Below, in pieces: positions 1 to 18,529 of a stretch of 18,529 bases of DNA (position 1 is its first letter; each line of letters starts with the position of its first letter). Location of the stretch: positions 1-18,529 of the forward strand of contig JBGAGQ010000090.1 of NCBI GenBank assembly GCA_044226625.1. The letters run 5' to 3'. A model generated the notes under the pieces. That model was not told the origin of the DNA and ran no database searches. It worked only from the letters and a program-made list of their open reading frames with translations. The stretch comes from Thermoanaerobaculia bacterium. GTDB lineage: Bacteria > Acidobacteriota > Thermoanaerobaculia > Multivoradales > UBA5704. Position numbers and translations under genes: made by a program.

Positions 1-791
1 CTCGCGTTGCGCTCGTCGCGGGCGGCGATCATGAACGAGAGGAAATCGGTGGCGCCCCGGCCCTCCGCCCGGCGGGCGGCGAGCGTCCTGCGCACCTCCT
101 TTTCGAGGCGCTTGAGCGCGAGGAGGAGCGACACGTTCTCCCGGGTCGGAAGGTAGACCGGAACGGGCTTGGCGCGCTTCAACCGACGGTTGAACCATTC
201 GAACGCGGTCACAATCGCCGCGTGCAGATCGGGGTGGTCCCCGTCCGAGCCGAGGAGCGCGTCGATCAGCACGGAGAGCGACAGGTCGGTCATCTCCCGA
301 GCGACGTCGATCGACGTCCCCGGAGCGGCGCGATCCCACCGCTCTGCGAGCCGGGCGGCTCCGGAGGTCATCGCCGGGACGAGCGGCGCGAGCCGCTCGC
401 GCACGAACGTCGGTTGCAGGAGGCGGCGGCGCAGACGCCACTCCTCGCCGCTCGAGAGCGTGAGGCTTCGCTTGCCCATCAACGGACGCTTGCGGAAGTT
501 CTGGCGGTAGTTTTCATGCCGGTCCTGGAGCACGTGCTTGACGTGGTTCGGATGGCTGACCAGATAGGTCGCGGGCTCGGCCCCCTGCGGGGTGACGCGG
601 AAGAGGTCGCCGATCTCGGCGGTCGCCTGGAGCAGCGCTTGGATGCGGCCGAGCGCGACGCCGTTCGGCCTCCCCTCGGGCAGCGGGAGATCGACGGAGG
701 CGCGCGCGGTCGGATCCCCCACGCGGTCGGAGGAGAGCGGAGGCGACGGCTGGGCGTCGCTCGCCAGGGCGGCTTCGGTCTCTAGAGACAC
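1..791 (-). CDS. Cytochrome P450, N-terminal portion (3' end lies beyond the left edge)
   Basis: Hand translation from GTG at 791, with GAAGGAG 5 nt upstream, reads MSLETEAALAS...IGDLFRV...TYLVSHPNHVKHVLQDRHENY...SLTLSSGEEWRLRRRLLQPTF...GATDFLSFMIAARDERNA. The GExWRxxRRLxQPxF (C-helix) and DxLSxxxxARDE (pre-I-helix) patterns are typical of bacterial P450s. The heme Cys motif lies outside the window. Absent from the ORF track because no stop codon falls in the window. Confidence 0.88.
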   Translation of the reverse strand, partial: MSLETEAALASDAQPSPPLSSDRVGDPTARASVDLPLPEGRPNGVALGRIQALLQATAEIGDLFRVTPQGAEPATYLVSHPNHVKHVLQDRHENYRQNFRKRPLMGKRSLTLSSGEEWRLRRRLLQPTFVRERLAPLVPAMTSGAARLAERWDRAAPGTSIDVAREMTDLSLSVLIDALLGSDGDHPDLHAAIVTAFEWFNRRLKRAKPVPVYLPTRENVSLLLALKRLEKEVRRTLAARRAEGRGATDFLSFMIAARDERNA

Positions 792-796
792 GCGGG

Positions 797-803
797 CTCC
801 TTC
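797..803 (-). promoter_or_regulatory. Shine-Dalgarno site of the P450 gene
   Basis: Minus strand reads GAAGGAG-cccgc-GTG. Confidence 0.7.
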
Positions 804-837
804 CAGGAAGCTCGTCGAGAGGCGGAGAGGGGCGGGC

Positions 838-3411
838 TCACGACTCGCGCAGGGCGGTGGCCGGCTCGGTGCGCGCGGCCCGCCACGCCGGGAGCAGCAG
901 CGCGGCGAGCGACAGGGCGACCAGGGCGACTGCCGCCCCGGCGTAACTCACCGGATCGAAGGGCGAGACGCCGTTCAAGAGGACGCCCACGGGGCGCGCG
1001 AACGCGAAGGCCAGGGCGAGCCCGATCGCCGCGCCGAGGGCGATCGGCCGCAGGCCGGAGCCGAGCAGCAGCGATCGGACCTGCCTCCGCTGCGCGCCGA
1101 GCGCGAGGCGGAGGCCGATCTCCCGGTCGCGCTCGCGCGCGGCATGGGTGGCGACGCCGTAGATCCCGATCGCCGCGAGCAGCGCGGCGAGCAAGGCGAA
1201 CCCGGCGAGCAGACCGGCGCTCATTCGCGGCGCCCAGAGCGAGCGCTCGGCCACCTGGCCGATGGTGCGCGCCTCGAGCAGCGGCATCGCATGGTCGAGC
1301 GCCTGGATCTCGCGCCGCGCGAGCGCCGCCGTGGGGACGGGATCGCCGGTCGTCCGCGCGATCACGATCATCGTCGGCGAGTAAGCCTGGGCCACCGGGA
1401 CCCAGACCACCGGCTCGGGCGGGGAGGAGATCCCTTCGAGCCGGGCGTTTTCGACCACGCCCACCACCTCCGTCGGCAACGGGTCGCCGCTGAACACGAA
1501 GCGACGCCCGAGCGCGTCCTCCTCGGGCCAGAGCCAGCGGGCGAGCGCGCGGTTGATCACCGCGACCTGCGGCGTGCCGAGCCGGTCGGTGTCGAGAAAG
1601 CCGCGTCCGGCGGTCAGGTGAAGCCCCGCGGTCTCGAAGTAGCCGGGACCTACGCGGTCGACCGCGATCTGGACCCCCTCGGTTCCGGGCGGCTGCGGCC
1701 GATCCGACGGAACGAGTCCGACCTTCTGGCTGGACGGCACGAGCAGGAAGCGCGAGGCGACCGCCGCCGAGGCGACTCCGGGCAGCGCCGCCACCTGGGC
1801 CACCGCGCGGCGATAGAAATCCTGGCCGGGCTCCTCGGCATAGCCCCGGGCGCCGAGGTCGACGGGAATCCCGAACAGGCGCTCGCGCTCGAAGCCGAGG
1901 TCGGTCCGCTCGGCGCGGATCAAGCCGCGGAGGAACAGCCCGGCGCCGACGAGGACGATCGCCGAGAGGGCGACCTGCGCGACGACCAACGCGCCGCGCA
2001 GCGAGCCGGGCCCGCGGCGTCCGCCGTAGCCGCCGCTGCCGATCGCGCCGGCCGCGTTGCCGAGCGCCGCGGCGAGGTCGGTACGGAGCGTGCCCGCGAG
2101 CGGCGCGAGCCCGAACAGCAAACCCGTGACGAGCGAAACCGCGAACGTGAACGCGAGCACCCGGCCGTCCAGATGCGGCGCGAGCGATTCGGGAAAGAAC
2201 GGCGGCCGAAGCCGCCAGAGCAGGTCGCGCCCCCAGGTGGCGAGCAGCAGGCCCAGGGCACCTCCCGCGAGCGCGAGCGTGATCCCTTCGGCGAGCAGAA
2301 GCCTCGCAAGCTGCGAACGGCGGGCGCCGAGAGCCAGCCGCACCGCGGTCTCGCGATCGCGAGAGAGGGCCCGGGCGAGCAGGAGGTTCGCGACGTTGCC
2401 GCCGGCGATCAGGAGCAGCACGCCGACGACCACGGCGAGCAGGGCACCCGCATTGACCAGGCGGCCGCGCAGGGCTTGGGGGATCGTCGCCTGGGCGAGC
2501 GGCAGCGCGGCGAACGAGAGATCGCGGTTTTCGTCCGGGTGGATCCGCGCGAGCTCACGGCCGGCCGCCGCGAGGGCGCCCCGGGCGGTCGCGAGCGTCT
2601 CTCCGGGGGCCAGGCGCGCCACGAGGGCCAGCTGCCGGCCTCCCCGCCGGAGGAGGCCCTTGGCCTGAGGACCGCGCAGGAGCTGCGGCGCGATCGAGAG
2701 CGGCACCCAGAGCTGCGGCGGCTCGTCGATGAGCGACAGGCCGGCGAACCCGGCTGGTGCGATGCCCAGAACCTCGAGCGGCAGACCGTTGACCCGGATG
2801 ATGCGACCGACGAGCGCCGGCTCCCCCCCGAACCGGCGCTGCCAAAGCCCGTGCGACAGGACCACCCCGGGAGGCCCGGCGTCGAGCGCTCGGGATGCGC
2901 CGGCCGAACCGTTCGGACCGCTCGGATCGGTCGTGGGCGGCGCGCCTCGTGGGCCGGCCTCGCGGGCCCCCTGAAGTGGCTCGAGGTCGGGATCGTCCTC
3001 TTTACTGAAGAACCGTCCGCGCTCGGGCTTCAAACCGAGGACCGAGAAGTACTCCGCCGAGACCAGCTCGGCCGGGAAGATCTCGGGATCGCCGCCGTCG
3101 AGCAGCGTGACCGAGGTGGAGCGGATCGCAGCCAGGCCCGAGAAGGCGCGGACCTCGCGGCGGAGGTCGACCGCGTTCGGCTGTGAGGTCGGCAACAGGC
3201 CGGGATTTTGAGAGTCGGTCGAGTAGATCGCGACCAGCCGGTCCGGGGCGTCGACCGGCAGCGGAGAAAGGAAGAGCGCATTCAAAAAAGTGAAGATCAG
3301 GGTGTTCGCGCCGATGCCCAGGGCGAAGGAGGCGATCGCCGCCAGGGTGAGCGCTGGGGTTCGGGTGAGCCCCCGCACGGCGTGCCGCCAGGTTCGAGCC
3401 AGTTCGTTCAT
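838..3411 (-). CDS. ABC transporter permease with duplicated MacB/FtsX architecture, ADOP (Acidobacterial duplicated orphan permease)-like, 857 aa
   Basis: Track ORF 838..3540, with the start moved to ATG 3411 because GGAGGAG lies upstream and MNELARTWRHAVRGLTRTP matches the usual family N-terminus. Motifs: ALGIGANTLIF, VSAEYFSVLG..P..GRFF, LLIAGGNVANLLLARA..RDRETAVRLALGA, LVVAQVALS.VLVGAGLF, VGPGYFET.G..L.AGRGF, GIYGV...RDREIGLRLALGA. Two periplasmic domain + FtsX transmembrane halves and no ATPase domain. Confidence 0.92.
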   Translation of the reverse strand: MNELARTWRHAVRGLTRTPALTLAAIASFALGIGANTLIFTFLNALFLSPLPVDAPDRLVAIYSTDSQNPGLLPTSQPNAVDLRREVRAFSGLAAIRSTSVTLLDGGDPEIFPAELVSAEYFSVLGLKPERGRFFSKEDDPDLEPLQGAREAGPRGAPPTTDPSGPNGSAGASRALDAGPPGVVLSHGLWQRRFGGEPALVGRIIRVNGLPLEVLGIAPAGFAGLSLIDEPPQLWVPLSIAPQLLRGPQAKGLLRRGGRQLALVARLAPGETLATARGALAAAGRELARIHPDENRDLSFAALPLAQATIPQALRGRLVNAGALLAVVVGVLLLIAGGNVANLLLARALSRDRETAVRLALGARRSQLARLLLAEGITLALAGGALGLLLATWGRDLLWRLRPPFFPESLAPHLDGRVLAFTFAVSLVTGLLFGLAPLAGTLRTDLAAALGNAAGAIGSGGYGGRRGPGSLRGALVVAQVALSAIVLVGAGLFLRGLIRAERTDLGFERERLFGIPVDLGARGYAEEPGQDFYRRAVAQVAALPGVASAAVASRFLLVPSSQKVGLVPSDRPQPPGTEGVQIAVDRVGPGYFETAGLHLTAGRGFLDTDRLGTPQVAVINRALARWLWPEEDALGRRFVFSGDPLPTEVVGVVENARLEGISSPPEPVVWVPVAQAYSPTMIVIARTTGDPVPTAALARREIQALDHAMPLLEARTIGQVAERSLWAPRMSAGLLAGFALLAALLAAIGIYGVATHAARERDREIGLRLALGAQRRQVRSLLLGSGLRPIALGAAIGLALAFAFARPVGVLLNGVSPFDPVSYAGAAVALVALSLAALLLPAWRAARTEPATALRES

Positions 3412-3710
3412 CGAGGAGCGGCTCCTCCGGGGACCCCCGGATCGTCGAAGGACAACGGGCCTCGAATCGGCCCTTCCCGGACCGGGACCCATAGCTAGTG
3501 TGCTCGCCGACCCCCTAGGCGGGAACGTCGGCAACCACATTCCTGATCACGTGAGTCACCTTTTTGTTCATTCGCGCACAAACATCTTTGGCATACAAGC
3601 GAGCGGTTCGTGCGGGCGCGACCGGACCTCCGGGTCCGTACCGTGGGGAGGAGACCACTGAATCCTGAGAGCCGAAGCGGGGACGCCCCCAGGCGAAAGG
3701 GTCGACGTCG
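3412..3710. promoter_or_regulatory. Divergent intergenic/promoter region between the permease-P450 unit and the PKS-NRPS gene
   Basis: 299 bp between two divergent start codons. It holds the most AT-rich patch in the window (about 3535-3600) with several short dyads. No specific promoter can be assigned. Confidence 0.6.
3422..3428 (-). promoter_or_regulatory. Shine-Dalgarno site of the permease, overlapped by an inverted repeat
   Basis: Minus strand reads GGAGGAG-ccgctcctcg-ATG(3411). Confidence 0.6.

Positions 3711-18529
<14,819 letters not shown>

Noticed and set aside
592-3186. 864-aa plus-strand ORF
   Set aside because: Antisense shadow of the permease. It is Arg/Gly-rich with no recognisable motifs, as expected in high-GC DNA.
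3412-3540. 43-codon N-terminal extension of the permease in the ORF track
   Set aside because: Low-complexity sequence. Family-like sequence and a strong SD both point to ATG 3411.
3587-3606. Sigma-54 promoter at TTTGGCATACAAGCGAGC
   Set aside because: The -24-like TGGCA is present, but the downstream GC is 11 nt from GG rather than the strict 10 and lacks the TTGC context.

Overview
Very GC-rich bacterial DNA holding part of a hybrid PKS-NRPS biosynthetic gene cluster. The two most informative genes are missing from the supplied ORF track because both run off the window edges. On the minus strand, an ABC permease resembling the Acidobacterial duplicated orphan permease (ADOP) family (838..3411) is followed after 46 bp by the 5' part of a cytochrome P450 (791..<1). 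Divergently, across about 300 bp, one plus-strand ORF starts at 3711 and stays open to the window end (>4,900 codons). Its domain order, read by hand, is KS-AT-ACP-C-A(Gly)-T-C-A(Gly)-T-C-A(Tyr)-T-Sulfotransferase-C(partial). The main finding is a CurM/Ols-like PAPS-dependent sulfotransferase domain sitting inside the NRPS between the Tyr-module carrier and the next condensation domain, with no adjacent thioesterase. This suggests on-line sulfation, possibly giving a nonribosomal sulfotyrosine peptide (X-CO-CH2-CO-Gly-Gly-Tyr(SO3)-...). Domain boundaries are approximate, and substrate and taxonomy calls are inferences from motifs rather than database results.
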